Positions 39,440 through 52,249 of a DNA stretch of 64,000 bases are shown piece by piece. Source of the stretch: Fistulifera solaris (lineage: Eukaryota); NCBI GenBank assembly GCA_030295235.1, contig AP026126.1:310001-374000 (forward strand), in the 5' to 3' direction. The notes beneath the pieces were generated by a model. The model searched no databases and was not told where the DNA came from. It saw nothing but the letters and a program-made list of their open reading frames with translations. Each line of letters begins with the position of its first letter. The stretch's first letter is position 1. Position numbers and translations under genes: made by a program.

Positions 39440-39557
39440 AAGAACAACACCCGGGATTCCAACGTGGTCCCCCACCGTAGTACTAACCGGGCCTGACGAT
39501 GCTTAACTTCGCTGAGCAGACGGGAAGCGGTGCTGTCATCGTAGTATGGTCGTTCCT
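39440..39557 (-). rRNA. 5S rRNA: 5S ribosomal RNA gene
   Basis: Minus strand reads AGGAACGACCATAC...GCACCGCTTCCCGTCTGCTCAGCGAAGTTAAGC...TTAGTACTACGGTGGGGGACCACG..GGAATCC..GTGTTGTTCT, about 118 nt with pairing ends and a following T-run (Pol III terminator). Confidence 0.95.
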
Positions 39558-39791
39558 ACTTGTTGACGGAAATTTTATTTTAATTATTTATTGTTTTGAC
39601 AGACGCAATGTCATTATTTTCGTCGAACATGATGCCAACAACGGAGACATCGGAACGAAATTTTGGCCTCGAGACCAAAGTTCCAATTGTGTGTTGTTTT
39701 CTTCGCCTTGGAAGATAGATTTGCGAAAATGGGTTTACGGTCTGCGCAAAAAAAAAACGAACAAGACAATATTTGCCAGAGGTAATTTCGG

Positions 39792-41399
39792 ATGTTGAGC
39801 TTTGACGATAGTCGTTGTCGCAGCCGCAGTGCTTCTTCGCAGACCCCTGCTGATGGCCGCCATCATGTCGGACAACCAGGACGACAACACGAGCAAAAAG
39901 ACTCCTCGACAATGCCTGGTACATCGGAGCGCGTGTCACCGAATAGCGTCATGATGCTCAGCCTCGATGATTCTTCCTCATCTGAAATATCCTCTTGGGA
40001 CTCGTCATCTCACTTGAATTCAATCTATCTCGAGCCAACGTTCTTCGTCCTCGGCCCATACGATGAGGCACATGCTACTTGCAAGCGCACAGATCAATTT
40101 GACCACCGGAGAAGAACGAGATTGAGTAGCCCTTTTCAGCAGCCGCATTCCTTGATGAACGACCATGGCGGAGATGGGTTACGACGGTTCTCTTGGCGTG
40201 TAATTCCTCACGGTCCTCGCTAATCATTACAAGTCAACAACGGGACGAAGAGAGATATAATGCAATAGGTCCGATCCGAGCGTTTCAACCCCCTCAAAAC
40301 CATCTGAAACAGAAACCGGTATCGGTATGTGAAGGACGCAACAATTTACTTCGACGAGATGAATCATGGAAAGTCGGTAAAGCGAGTGACTGTGTCGCTC
40401 AAGGATTTCAAAAGGCAAAAGAAGTCATGAATTGCAATGTTTGGGACGCAACGAGGGGTAAAAGCAACCAGTCAATATTCCATGGTCCTGACAGTAGTCC
40501 GGATACAGCAGATCGTGGTTCGAGGGGCGTTGATGATGAAAACGATTTGATGGGCCCGCCCAAAATCAAAAACATCTGGCGCGACTTTGCTAAAAATTGT
40601 ACGATTCATGGGCTCCAGAGTCCCTGTGGAGCTCTTTTTTCGCCATCTGACGAACGTCGCCCCCAGACATGCAAAGTCTTTGGTGTACAGCGAATTTTCC
40701 AGAAGAGGTTCTAGTAGATCAAGTAGACGCCGAGAGTAATTTTCAATATGGTTATGGTCCAAGACGACAAAGACAGGGGCAGGGGACTACGGAGGATTCG
40801 TTTTTGAGTAGCAGAAACAACCGCCAGCACGCGATGAAGCTTCGAGAATCGTCTGCTTGTCATAATACGCGTGTCATGAGCAAAAGCCACGTTTCCATCA
40901 TGGGTGAGGAACAAACGTGGTCAGAGGTGAGACTTCGAGTCGGGCTTCCTTCAAATTCATCATCAGGCGACAACCAATCTAGAAACATGTGCAGCGAGCT
41001 GAGCTCTTGCAAAAAAGTGCTTTACAAGCGCTGCCGCACCACAACACAAAAGTGGAGGATACCCTTTGCGTGGTGCGCCCCGAAACTGATGTCGTGGTAA
41101 CACATGATAAATCATCTCGACTCCCTGTCGACGTTTTCGACTTGCGTATAGAAATTTTGAAACTGCAGGTTGAATTAAATGAAGCTTGTGCCGAGCGCCT
41201 ATCGTCTGAGAAGGAAAAGGAAAGAGTTGAAAGGGAGAGAGATGAAGCGATGAATGAAGCTTATGATTTGAAAAACCATGTTAGTATACTATCAGCTTCC
41301 GTTGGCTTATTACGAAGGCAGCAATTGAGTCAGACGCGAGAAATCGACGAGGAGCTCTTCAGCTCAGACGGTAGCTCGGAAGTACGGCAGACTGAGTGA
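39792..41399 (+). CDS. Hypothetical low-complexity protein with a C-terminal coiled coil (several frame breaks)
   Basis: Chain of overlapping + strand ORFs ending in LRIEILKLQVELNEACAERLSSEKEKERVERERDEA. Confidence 0.4.
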
Positions 41400-41572
41400 G
41401 AGACCGAAGATTGCATTGTTTTTATTTTGTTAGTGATTTTGGTCCAGTACAAAAGATGGTAAAACGCTTCTTTGGAAGGCTTAGCTGTTACCGGAATGGG
41501 TACTTGAGCGGTAATGATGCTAGATCTACAGAAAGCTCTGCTATTAACGTCTACTTGAAGTTTATTGTATGT

Positions 41573-44500
41573 TTATGCATCTTGTTCTTTCCAAAGTCTG
41601 CGGGTTCTGTTGCGCCTGGCGTTTTTAAACAACAGGCTTTCTGTGAAGAGGGCACTGAAAATCCCTCCCGTGGTTGAGTTTCGGTTCAGTAGGCAATAAT
41701 CAAGTTCACTTTGCGTGGTTAAACCCATCCACAGAGCGACACCGTTCCAAAAGGCATCCCAGCTGGTAGTTGGAATGAACCTGCCTCGACCGATATTGAG
41801 TGACCCTTTATCGGTAAGATCAGGAGGATATTTCCCAAAAACCTTTCAGCCGTTTACATCGCCCCCAAGGAACATGTAATTGCCACCCCATCCATGATCA
41901 CTTCCTCCACCGGTGTTTGGCGTTAATGTTCGTCCGAACTCAGAGGCGACGACAATTGTAACATCATCCCAAACACCTTGTAAATTTAGTTCTTCGACCA
42001 TCCAACCCAACCCTTCATTGACGTGCGTCAAGCCTCGCTCTAAGGAAGATTTTAAAGAAGAGTGATGATCCCAACCATCCATTTGAACATAGAAAACATC
42101 GCGATCTACTCCACGTGAGCTTCTAGCCTTGATAAGCTTCGAGATCATGCTTAATTGATAGCCATGCGTCTCGAGCTCCCACTCATTTCTGGGCCAATGT
42201 GCACCCAAGGACACATTTTCAATTTGGCTCTGCAAAAGCTCAGCAGCACGAACACCACTGATAAATTCCTTCGACCATGTTTGGCCGAAGAGGGAGTTGT
42301 GCTCAGATGGCAATCCATTGAGCTCCTCTGCATATGAAAGCAGATCGAGGGTTTCAGGTTCAGGTTTTACGTCAAACTTATTCACCCCAAGACGACTGAC
42401 TATTTTGGGCTTAGGATTCTTGTCTTTAGCAGCGTCAACAGCTATGGATGCCTTGTCAATCGCCACTGATCCAGTCTTATAATCCTTTGTCTGCAAGACA
42501 GAACTGAGTCGACCCAAAACTCCTGTTCCCTCATTAAATGATTTAGGGTCAATTGTTTTTGTCTCCCGTGTCATCCAATTGTGGGCAAACAGCTGTACCT
42601 TTGTTTTTTCGAGATAGGTATTTTTATCCAGTCCTGTAGTATTGTCAAGTACACCCATATTCGCAACAAAAGCCAAATCACCATCTTTGTAAAGAGTGTG
42701 AAAGAGTGTTAAACTCTTGTGTAAAGCGAACGTTTGGCATGGTTGGTTTGTTGCGCTGATGAGCAAAGACCGTTCAGCGTTGCCAATAGCGAGATAATCT
42801 CGTTCTGACATATACTGCTTGTCAGTTGTAACACCTTGAGCGTTCTTCCCAGAACAAAACATGCGGAATAAGCACGTTAAATGAGTCTAGTCCGCTGTCA
42901 AGCATCAGCAAAATGACGGCTTTATACGGTTTTGCGTTTGTATCCATGGTGGCGTCGGGAGGTCTGCCACCTCCTCTGTTCTCGGTTATCCCAGTCGCAT
43001 GAAATTCGGGTGTCATCAATATCAACTGACCAACATTTAAAAAGCCCTCGGTTCGACTCACGGCCAAGTCGTAGACTTCTCGCAAAAGAGTCCCCTTGGT
43101 CTTGCTCATTCGGCCCGCAGTAAGCAAAAGAGACATTTCGTCAACAACTTGCAACGAATCATACGAATCGTTGGGCATGTATGCGAGATATCCCATTGTG
43201 TTGCTGTATGTGCCTTTCGTTACACCAAGATCTTTGCCGTATCCAAAGCCACCGTATTCAGAATCTAAACCATATTTTAGAAGACTGTTCAGTCCGTTTA
43301 CGAGTGATACAACGGTTGGTGCACTCATAGCCTGACATTCTGGACAAGTGAGCTTAGCGTCACCGATGGGCCCTAGAAATGAAATAAAGGTTAGATATCT
43401 CCAGAGCAACTCTAATGTCACAACCAATGTGCTTACCAGAAGGAGAATATTCAGGTAGGAAAAGGAAAAGACGCTTGGGAGCTTATGAGCTTGTTGCCCT
43501 ACCAGATCTTGAAGGGGCTGGGCAAACCGAATGAAGGGTGAATCCTCTCCGGGACGAAATTCCATGGATCGCATGACCCTTACTATTCTCAGAAAAGGCT
43601 CATAAAGGCTCCCGTGGGTAGGATCAAATTCCAAAAGCTGGGCTCGCGACTCCCGATCAAGTAATATTGCAGAGATCATTGCAAGCAAATCACCGTATTC
43701 GCCGCTTCCAAGTGTGTCTTCACCGTCTGTATAGATACCTGTTCTAAATGCCGTAGCAGCAACTTCAATCGCCCGGTGAGACGGATTGGATACACCAAAG
43801 CGTTGAAAGAGTCTTATGGCAAGAAACGGTGCAGTGCTTGGGTGGTACTATAGTCACAGAATAACCGTGAGATTTGAATCGAGTAAAGACACGACAAAGT
43901 CAAAGAGACTTACGAAGTATTGATCCAATCCTGCTTCTGTCTTGTATATAGCGTCGCGTAACTCGGGCAGCACTAACGGCATGAAATGAGAGGGATTTTG
44001 AAACTTAAGTGAGCGAGTCCCAACATGCACCATTGACCGGATGTTTCTTCGCCGCTGAATAATGCCATTGTTATCGATGACTTCAAAAATCGATTCTATG
44101 GAATAAAGCCCGTCTGGTGAAAACATTATAATTCCTCCTCCAAGATCAAGTCGTTGATAAGCGTCATCGAGTATGTCCGGAGAAAAAGCCCCAATTTTCA
44201 AATCCTTCAGCACCTCTTCTTTTGTAGGAGCCTGACTAAATACTAATTCGTCGACAAGGTTTGCATTGCATAAACAGAAATCGTCGTACTCATCCCTAGA
44301 ACAACCATTTTCCCTACACCGCACATCATATGAATCCAAGAATGATCCCAGTGATCCTTCCCAATCTACCCTGAAAAATGTTTTCGTATCTTCGTTGACA
44401 TTATAGAAAATGTCTTCTTTGTCGATTACTGGATCGGCGGCGTTAGAGACACTGTGAACTATGCCCACATTTCCATGAAGGTTAATTTTTACTTTCAGCG

Positions 44501-47500
44501 CACAAGCGTGTGTCCCCCAATAAGGAAGCTTTTCGTCGCAATCGTCGCAAGTCCACCAAGGGATTCGGCAAAGGTTCAAGTTATTCTCTTCGCAACGAGA
44601 TTCAGCGCTAGCAAATGACATCCTTTCTCCAGGGAAATGGACGTATGAGTTGACATTTGCAAAGTCATTACTTCCATTACAGCACGCCACTGACCCAACC
44701 TGCGTTCGTGGATCACCGCAAAAGAAATAGTGCCATTGTATTCTCATCATGGCTGGCTCATAGAATGCCTGCTCAACGCATGGTAATCTTGTGTATTCAT
44801 AATATACGTTTTCGTCAACTTGAATAACCCTTGGCGACTCAATCCTGCATTCGTTTCCTACACAGCCTATATTGTTGTGCAAAACAACTATACCTGGATA
44901 TTGACAGTTCTCTAGACTATCTTTGGAGCACAGAATTGAGTACAATTCGGAATTTGTTGTGTCTAGGACAAGCCTCTTCTTTTCGATATCGTCTGCCCAA
45001 CTTTCCGGCTCCATTAGTAGGCGTGGCTTGGGATGGGATCCCAACAAACGATAGGTAGCGCCTTTCTTCAGAAAGTGCTGGGCCGGCAAATCTGCGCACA
45101 AGGGATAGCCATCTCCCACGTATGTATTGAATAAGCCCATCTGAAGAAAGATTAGTTGTTGATTGAAAGCGACGAAAAAGAGTACAGGATAGACACTCAC
45201 CTTTGGAAGACTATCGCGTGCTAGGCTATCGATCATCATAGGGTCAAGCAAATTCCCCTTCCATTTTGACCAATCTTCCGTATTTCCGCGTTTCGGTTGC
45301 TGACGAAAGCCTGTCCACAATTGAGCAAGCTCAGTGACTTCATCGTTGGTGTACGTCGGAACAGGATTGCCATCATCATTCTTTTGCCATCTGCCATCTA
45401 TTTCAAGAGATAACAGCCCTGTAGACATCAGCTGCATCAGCTCGCGAGAAAAGTTCTCATCAGGCCACTGGATGCGTCCTTCCGTTTCAAAGACATAGTT
45501 TGTGGATGCGCTATTCAAGTAAGTCAACATTTCAGCCATGAGAGGGCTGTAAGCCACTTCCTTCAAGATAGCACAATAATTACCAAACGCATGTCTGACA
45601 AAGATATCGTAGAAAACCTACAAAGCCAAAAGTAAGTGAGAGTATTTTTCGGATGACCACCATCTACCACTTCTTTGTCATCTCACCAAAAAATTCTCTG
45701 TCATGTAATAAGCTTCAATGGCTGCTGGAGAAACTGCAAATATCTGGCTCAGAGCCCACGCCACCCTCTGGCGTAACTGATCCTCGCCAAAGAGAGCGGA
45801 GTGCATCCAAATCATCGTCCGCTGATGTTCCATATCTTCTTGGAGCGTCGTCCAGCTGTACTGCGTCGCAGCATTGAATGCTCCCTGGTAAAGGCTGCCA
45901 TGATGCGTCGGGTCATTGGCAACCTCGTACGGACTACCGCACACCAAATTTGACCCCACAGTAGTGGATGGCAGCAAATGCCGGAAAGCATCACCAGCTG
46001 CTGGGTTGGTGGCTATAAGAATTGTATCGCCTAGAGTACCGAGGTCCACCACATGCTCCCAGTTGGTATAGAAGCGACGCATTTCATGTGATGCAGGAAA
46101 TACAAGAGCGTGCGTTTGTGCCACGGCAAACTGCTGAATGGCATTCTCTCCGCCTGGATGGATTGTGACCCATTTTGTAAAATCAAAGACCTCAAATTCC
46201 CACGGATGAACGTTTTTCCAGCAATTACCATCCACTTGTATTTTATAATCGAAAGAATTGAGATCAGCTGCATTGCAGCTTGTGCCTAAAACGGGAAAAT
46301 TGGTATCTATGACACCTTCGGCATTGCTTCTTGCCGCGGCTGCTTTACGAATGAGATTTTCGAAAATTCCACGCGTTGTGGTACCTAATGAGTTCGAACA
46401 ATCGGTCGTCACAATCTTCTTCCAGCGAGAGCGGCTCCCTGGAGCACACGGAGCGTCAATGTTACTATCAGACTGTCTAAGCCCCTGAATGGAATAAACG
46501 TATCGTCGGGTCTCTGCCTCGTAAGCACCTCGTAAATTGTTTAAGTTCAGTTCAACCAACAAATCGGAATCATATTGAACCAAAGAGCATTCAGATGGCG
46601 CTATCCTACAAGTATCCTCATTCAAAAAGGTTGCAGGAGCACTCGAGCATTTCACTCAGTAGACTTCATCTCGTATATTCTGGGTAGCTTGCACGGCACT
46701 GAATGCTTCGTTGGGACTTTCTAAATCGTTGTTTTCAAGGACGCATGAAATATGCCCCATCAAAAAAGTCCCAAAGTGGTTGTTTCCGGATTTCCTGTTA
46801 AGGTTGGTAATTCCAAACACAATGGATCAGATAGCTTCGTATGAACATACAAATCTTGTTCAACTTCAGGATGATATTGTGTGTCAACTGCGATAGCATT
46901 TCCCGTTAAATCAAGCACAACAATGTCGGACAGATTTTCGAGAGGCAGCACTTCCGGGTTTCCTACAAAAACACCATCCAACAACAAATCCCCACATTCT
47001 CCGTTATGATACAAGCGGAAGAAACCTCCAATGTACCCTTCCACACGCTCGCAAACGAAATATCTATCGCCGAGTTTTATGAGAACAATGAAAAGAAGCA
47101 AGGATTATCACTTTCAGAGCACTTACTTTCCGTCAGGGAGCCGTAAATGATTCTGTACGGATCCAATATGAACAGACTGCGCATTCACAACAGTGCGAAA
47201 CTGATTCATTACCCAAAACGATTTTTGCGTGCCACTGATTGTGCAAATTTCAACCTCGGCTTGCCAATCCTTGTCGGTAAAAGCGTATTTTTGGTAACGC
47301 GTCCCTGTTTCGCAAGGATGTGTCACTCGCCCTTGATACGACGTGTGAGGATATCGATGATTTAAAAATTCTCTGTAGATAGCGCGATGAGAAGTCACTG
47401 GTACATCAACCTGGTTCCGTATCCAAGACGAAAAATTTGTACCGACGGACCGTATTTCATCAATTTTGGGCCCGAACGTTGCTTGTTCTAAAAAACGCGC

Positions 47501-47966
47501 CGTTTTATCCACTCGATCACTTGATGCCGGTACGGACACGAGTCTATAGCTTCCTTTCAAGCCAATTGATGTGCAATAGTTACTTTCACAACTAAACCTA
47601 GGCGCATTATTGGCGTCGTAGTATGGTTCCCAATCATGCCCTTCATAGCTACGAGCAATGGGTTTTCCATCCTTCCACAAAATACATAAGCCTGTACTTA
47701 TTGCAAATTCTGTCAAAGAGTCCACTTGTACCTTCACGGTTAACCCATCCAAACATGCCGCAATGAGATCAGGCTCTTGTGATAGCATGCCGGATGGCGC
47801 TTCGGATGGAGCTTGTGTTGGTGCCTTTGTCTTCACCGTCTTGGGAGGTCGTTGTTTGAAGCGTATACTTCGAAATAAGAGACATTGTTCACACGTGCTT
47901 TCGTCAGAATTTGCGATAGACACAAGAGAAATAAGGAAATAGATTGACAAAGACTGACTTCATCAT
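41573..47966 (-). CDS. Giant secreted DUF1800-DUF1501 fusion protein, about 2000 aa, at least 5 introns; has frameshifts and two in-frame TGA (possible pseudogene allele)
   Basis: Signal peptide. DUF1800 motifs ARFLEQATFGP, DQLRQRVAWALSQIF, SPLMAEMLTYL, PDENFSRELMQL, HPSTAPFLAIRLFQRFGVSNPS and PSVFSF. DUF1501 motifs YKAVILLMLDSGLDSFN, LFAHN, GWDHH and SEFGRTLTPNTGGGSDHGWGG. Introns at 47064-47126, 45618-45686, 45141-45200, 43848-43913 and 43373-43436. Confidence 0.88.
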
Positions 47967-48174
47967 CTACCGGCATCTGCCCATCAAAGATATAAATGCT
48001 TGCTTGACAATAAACCGTTCAACATCGAGGCAAAAAGGGGGATGATCAGCTTGTATTGATTGCGGAAGGAAAAAAATTTTCCGAAGTGAAACAGAAAAAG
48101 GCCCAATCGAATATCAGATAACCAGTAGTACTGGCTTTCTGAGCATTTTCCCTTGACCTTAAATCACACTAGTG

Positions 48175-48211
48175 CTGACGACTGACGACTGACGACTGAC
48201 GACTGACGACT
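48175..48211. repeat. Tandem 7-mer repeat (CTGACGA)x5
   Basis: Read directly; about 210 nt upstream of the DUF1800-DUF1501 start codon. Confidence 0.9.
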
Positions 48212-48769
48212 CTTGTTGCAGTTTGTAGGGATAAATTCGAAAATGACCGAAGTGGTGCGGCCATAAGAGGTTTCGAGGCTGCGGACTGCGGACATTCTTT
48301 ATCTTCCACACGTAATCTCTAACCTAACCTCTAACGCTCACCAGTTGTATAGTACCTGGTAATGGGGGAAGAAGCGTTGTGAAGCAAGAGAGGCCATGAA
48401 GCCCAATCCTTATAAAACATCCAAATACAAAACATAGCGTCTGGACTAAGCTTTCCCAGGTGTCATCATGCAAGAAAGGCTCCAGCGAGAGGACTAAGAC
48501 CGATAAGAAGATCAAATTGATTGCTTTCAAACTAGAAAATTTCAAAGACAACTTCCAATCAACAATTTTCTGCGCTCGAAAGCTTTTCAAAAACTTTTTG
48601 AGGTTGCTGTTTGTGTCCGTGCAGAAAAACTACTAAGTTCGCAAGTCTCTGCAGCCTTCTTTGAATAATAGTTGAGGAGTCGCCGTTTCAGTCATTGTCT
48701 CCCAACGTTGTCAACAAACCAAAAGGCTCTGAATGGATTGCAACAATGTCGCTTACTCTAAAACGACAT

Positions 48770-50223
48770 CTAAAGTCTGGGTTCCTTTAAGGCTGATAAT
48801 TCTTCCTCTTCTTCTTCATAACTAAGGAGAACCTCAGGCATGATGGACGAATGATGGTGGGAAATCTTCCAGTCACTATCTTCGTAACAGTAGACGAACG
48901 AATACCTAGCGCGAATCTTCGTCTCACCACCATCGAGAGTAAAGCTGTAGACGCCAAAATCCAAAGCCCAATTGGTTCCAAGGACAATATCGCCGCTTTC
49001 AATCGTACATTGGGGCCCACGCTTCAAAAACATCTCAAAGTAATCGCAAATAAGCTGGTTGGTGGCACGGGGAGCATCCGATAGAGTCGGAAGATAAACG
49101 GCGTTTTTGGCATAGCGAGAAGCAACTATGCTCGCATCTCCCGTCGCCAACGCATCATTCCATTCCTGAAACCAGCTTCTGACTTGCTGCTGAGTTATAG
49201 GCTGTGCTACAACAATACTTTCCGGCATCATGGAATCATGATGGTGAGCGATTCTCCACTGGCCTCCTTCGAATGTGTAAAGAAATGAAAATCGGCAGCG
49301 GATCCTTTCTCTCTTATTCTGCATGGTAAGTTCGTACATTCCGATGTGCTTGGCCCAATTAGAGCCTACTTGAACAAAAGAATCTTGAAGTTTTGCTACC
49401 GGAGCTCGTTTCAGAAAGGTTTTATAGTAGTCCTGAATAGCATCTCGAGAATTGCGTGGTATATCCGAGTCCACGGGAAACACGACCGCATTGCAAGTGT
49501 ACAAATCTGCCATGACTTTCGGGTCCAGACTCACGAGCGCCCTTTGCCAAAACTGAAATAAATCACGCACCTGGCTCTCGGTAATGGGCTGATTGAAACT
49601 AACCGATTCGGGACGGACGGAAGAATGCTGATGTTGAATTTTCCACTGACCATTTTCTTGTGCATAAAGAAAGGAGTATCGAGCCTCGACCATCGTTCCC
49701 TCCTCTGCCAAAGTTAATTCATAGATACCCCTATATTGAAAAAGCAAGCGGTGGAATCCCAAAATCCCAAGAGTGAGGACCCTTTGAAATCTTTGCCGAG
49801 CGAACAACTCCAAACTTACGAATCTTGTGCCCAGCCTTTTCCTATTCTTAATTGACTTTTGATTTGAAATACTTGCGGTCGCTTTCTTAGAAAATTGTCG
49901 TAATACGCTCGAATACTATCCCAATCCATCCGAGGAATATCCGAATCGACCGGGAACAAAACGGCATCTTCGGCGTAGCGAGCGGTAACGATCCGCGCAT
50001 CACCCGTCGCCAACGCATCGTTCCATAAAAGAAACAGGGCTCGAATTTCCGCCTGTACTACCGCATCTCCATCGTATTTTCGGGGACGCTGGAAGAGATT
50101 CAAGGCCGTGGAGTGGGCGATTCGTACGGAATGATGAAACGCGGCGGCCGGATACACCAGTCTCGCGAGAAAAAGGATGCGGAGAAAACAATAGCTATAC
50201 GAATAGTAAAATCGATGACTCAT
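48770..50223 (-). CDS. Iota-class carbonic anhydrase (LCIP63/COG4875, CaMKII association-domain fold) with three tandem domains; plastid-targeted; intron 49731-49819
   Basis: Presequence ending AAA/F. Three repeats of F..WNDALATGD...V..RYA..AV..P..SD.PR....I.DY...FL.R.P...G.Y...ARYSF.Y...WKI.HHHSS.MPE. Confidence 0.85.
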
Positions 50224-50714
50224 CTCCCTTTTTTTGTGCCATGATCACGTCAAGGAGGTAAAGACGAGAATAAGAACCTCAGTGATATTGAATGCTACTG
50301 TAGCAGGAAAAAAGTGATTGCTAGACGTCTTAGATCGCTTGCGTTGAATTTCAATGAGATTGTTTTTCCCTCGGCGACAGGAGCTACTGTACCCGAAATT
50401 CGAAATGAGGGAGAACCCCAACTCTAAAAGAGTTGGAACTTTATCTCACTTTACCGTAGTGTGGCTAGAGATGATCGTTACCGATACGACGCGTTGCTGA
50501 CTCACACTTTTACCACAAATTCTCTCTACTCTCTACCCTTCCGTCAGCTCGCTGTGTCATTCTCACAAAATGTGGCTTTTCTCCCCATGAAATAAACCCT
50601 ATCTTTCTTTATTACGGAGTATCTATTATTTCTCTTGTTAAGCATCGTTATGCACCAAACAGATGCCATAAATCATTTTCTACTGGCTTGTTTATCAAAA
50701 ATTGTGAAATAGTC

Positions 50715-51660
50715 ATGCACCGGCAGTCAGCAGTTTTCATTCTCCTTGGATTGGCTCTCGCATCAGCTAGCTTCATTCCGTCGACATTCCAACAAGTGCA
50801 CCGAACGAAGAAGAACCTTGCATTGTTCGAACAACCAACACGTCTGTCCGAACAGCGAAGAATTTTGCTGTCATCTCTTGTCATTGCTGCTACATCAACA
50901 TTGCCGGTGCCATCCACGGCTTATGATAAGACATACCCCATCGAACTACAAGCCGTCGATCCAGGTATTCGCCGCCAACAACAAAAAAGTCAATCTCATC
51001 AAAGAGCAACAAGAAATGGAACAAAGAGCCGCAATGCGTGTCAAACCCCTGAGTGCGGCCCTTTGGGCCAGTGCCTTGTGGTTTTTGTCGGGTTCTCGTT
51101 CCAACCCGGTCCTCACACCATTGGCCAACATCTTTTACGATCCCAACGAAGAAGCGTGGTTGCGCGATCGCAACGACGGGCTCTTTGCGAATGTTCCGAA
51201 TATTCTCTATGTTGCCATGGTGATTGTATTCTTTGCGGCAGGAGCGGTCACGGACTCGTTGGCGCAACTGGCAGCAGGGCCGGCAGTCTCGTTGCCATTG
51301 GCGGGGGTATGTTTGGTGACCGGGGCGGCCTTGGAGCTGGGACGTGTTGCCAGTGGAGACAAGCGCGTGACACGGGACGAAATGGAAACGGCCGAGCGGT
51401 TGGAGCAGGAATTTTCGGAATTTGTGCAAGCGCGGTTGCTTCCGGGGGGCAACTGTCATCGACAAGAAATCGTCAAAGCATTTCGGAGGTACCATGCCAA
51501 ATATCGTAGTGAAGAAGTTATTACCGATTTAGAAATTGAACGGTTAATACGAAGTTGGAGTCAGACACAAAAGGGGAATGTCAAGATGAGTTCATCAGGA
51601 TTTTATTCCGGGGTACGGATCAATACGGATGCTGATGTCTTTGTGGAGCGTCGAAGATGA
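50715..51660 (+). CDS. Plastid-targeted membrane protein of unknown function (frameshift near 50970)
   Basis: Signal peptide ending ASAS/F, a second RR-hydrophobic-A segment, several TM helices and a conserved-looking WFLSGSRSNP motif. Confidence 0.6.
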
Positions 51661-51712
51661 CAATATGTGATACATGTCATAGCGCGAATTTAAAGCTAAG
51701 ATTCATCTCAGA

Positions 51713-52249
51713 CTACTCAAGTCTAATTTTGTCTAGTTTGTACAAATACAGAGGCCAGGCAGCTCCCGGTTGATGCGGAACCAGTATTATCTCGTGACGC
51801 AGTGGAGTTTCGTCCGTCGACAACGGAGCCATGTAGGTAATCACGTACTGATTCGTCAACAATGGATACATGAGCCGTAAACCACGCGGTATGAGATACA
51901 AAAACAAAATGTGAGCGTCGGCAAACATTGAGACGTGTTCGAGTGCATTCTGGCATACAAATGTGACCGAAAGGGCCGGGTCGATCGATCCTTCCTGCTG
52001 TGCGCGTTCCAGTTCCCGACGTGCTTGATGTATCCGTTCACTGTCAATGTCAATTCCCCAAAATATTGGAGGCTTTTGGGATGATTTTTCCGCTGTATAA
52101 GCCCGGGCCCAGGAAAGGAGGACACGTCCGTCGCCGCAACCAACATCACATATTTTGCTGTCTTCCTCTAACAAGGGCCGTATCCAAGTCCACGCAGTAG
52201 CGATGATTGTATCAGGAGTACTCCACAGCGTTTTTCGAGGAGCCAGCAT
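51713..52249 (-). CDS. Small class I SAM-dependent methyltransferase (FAM173-like protein-lysine MTase)
   Basis: DVGCGDGRVL (motif I), GIDID (post-I) and FLYL.P.GL (post-II) in an intact 178-aa ORF. Confidence 0.75.
   Translation of the reverse strand: MLAPRKTLWSTPDTIIATAWTWIRPLLEEDSKICDVGCGDGRVLLSWARAYTAEKSSQKPPIFWGIDIDSERIHQARRELERAQQEGSIDPALSVTFVCQNALEHVSMFADAHILFLYLIPRGLRLMYPLLTNQYVITYMAPLSTDETPLRHEIILVPHQPGAAWPLYLYKLDKIRLE

Noticed and set aside
39295..39798. Short ORFs of 61 and 99 aa
   Set aside because: They overlap the 5S rRNA gene on the opposite strand.
41846..46658. Genome-wide TGA reassignment or selenocysteine insertion to explain the in-frame TGAs
   Set aside because: TGA terminates several normal genes here (for example 4609, 25884, 51660), the 41846 codon corresponds to an expected Gly rather than Trp or Cys, and no SECIS was recognised.
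48175..48211. CRISPR array or telomeric repeat
   Set aside because: No spacers, no cas genes, eukaryotic context, and the unit is not TTAGGG-like.
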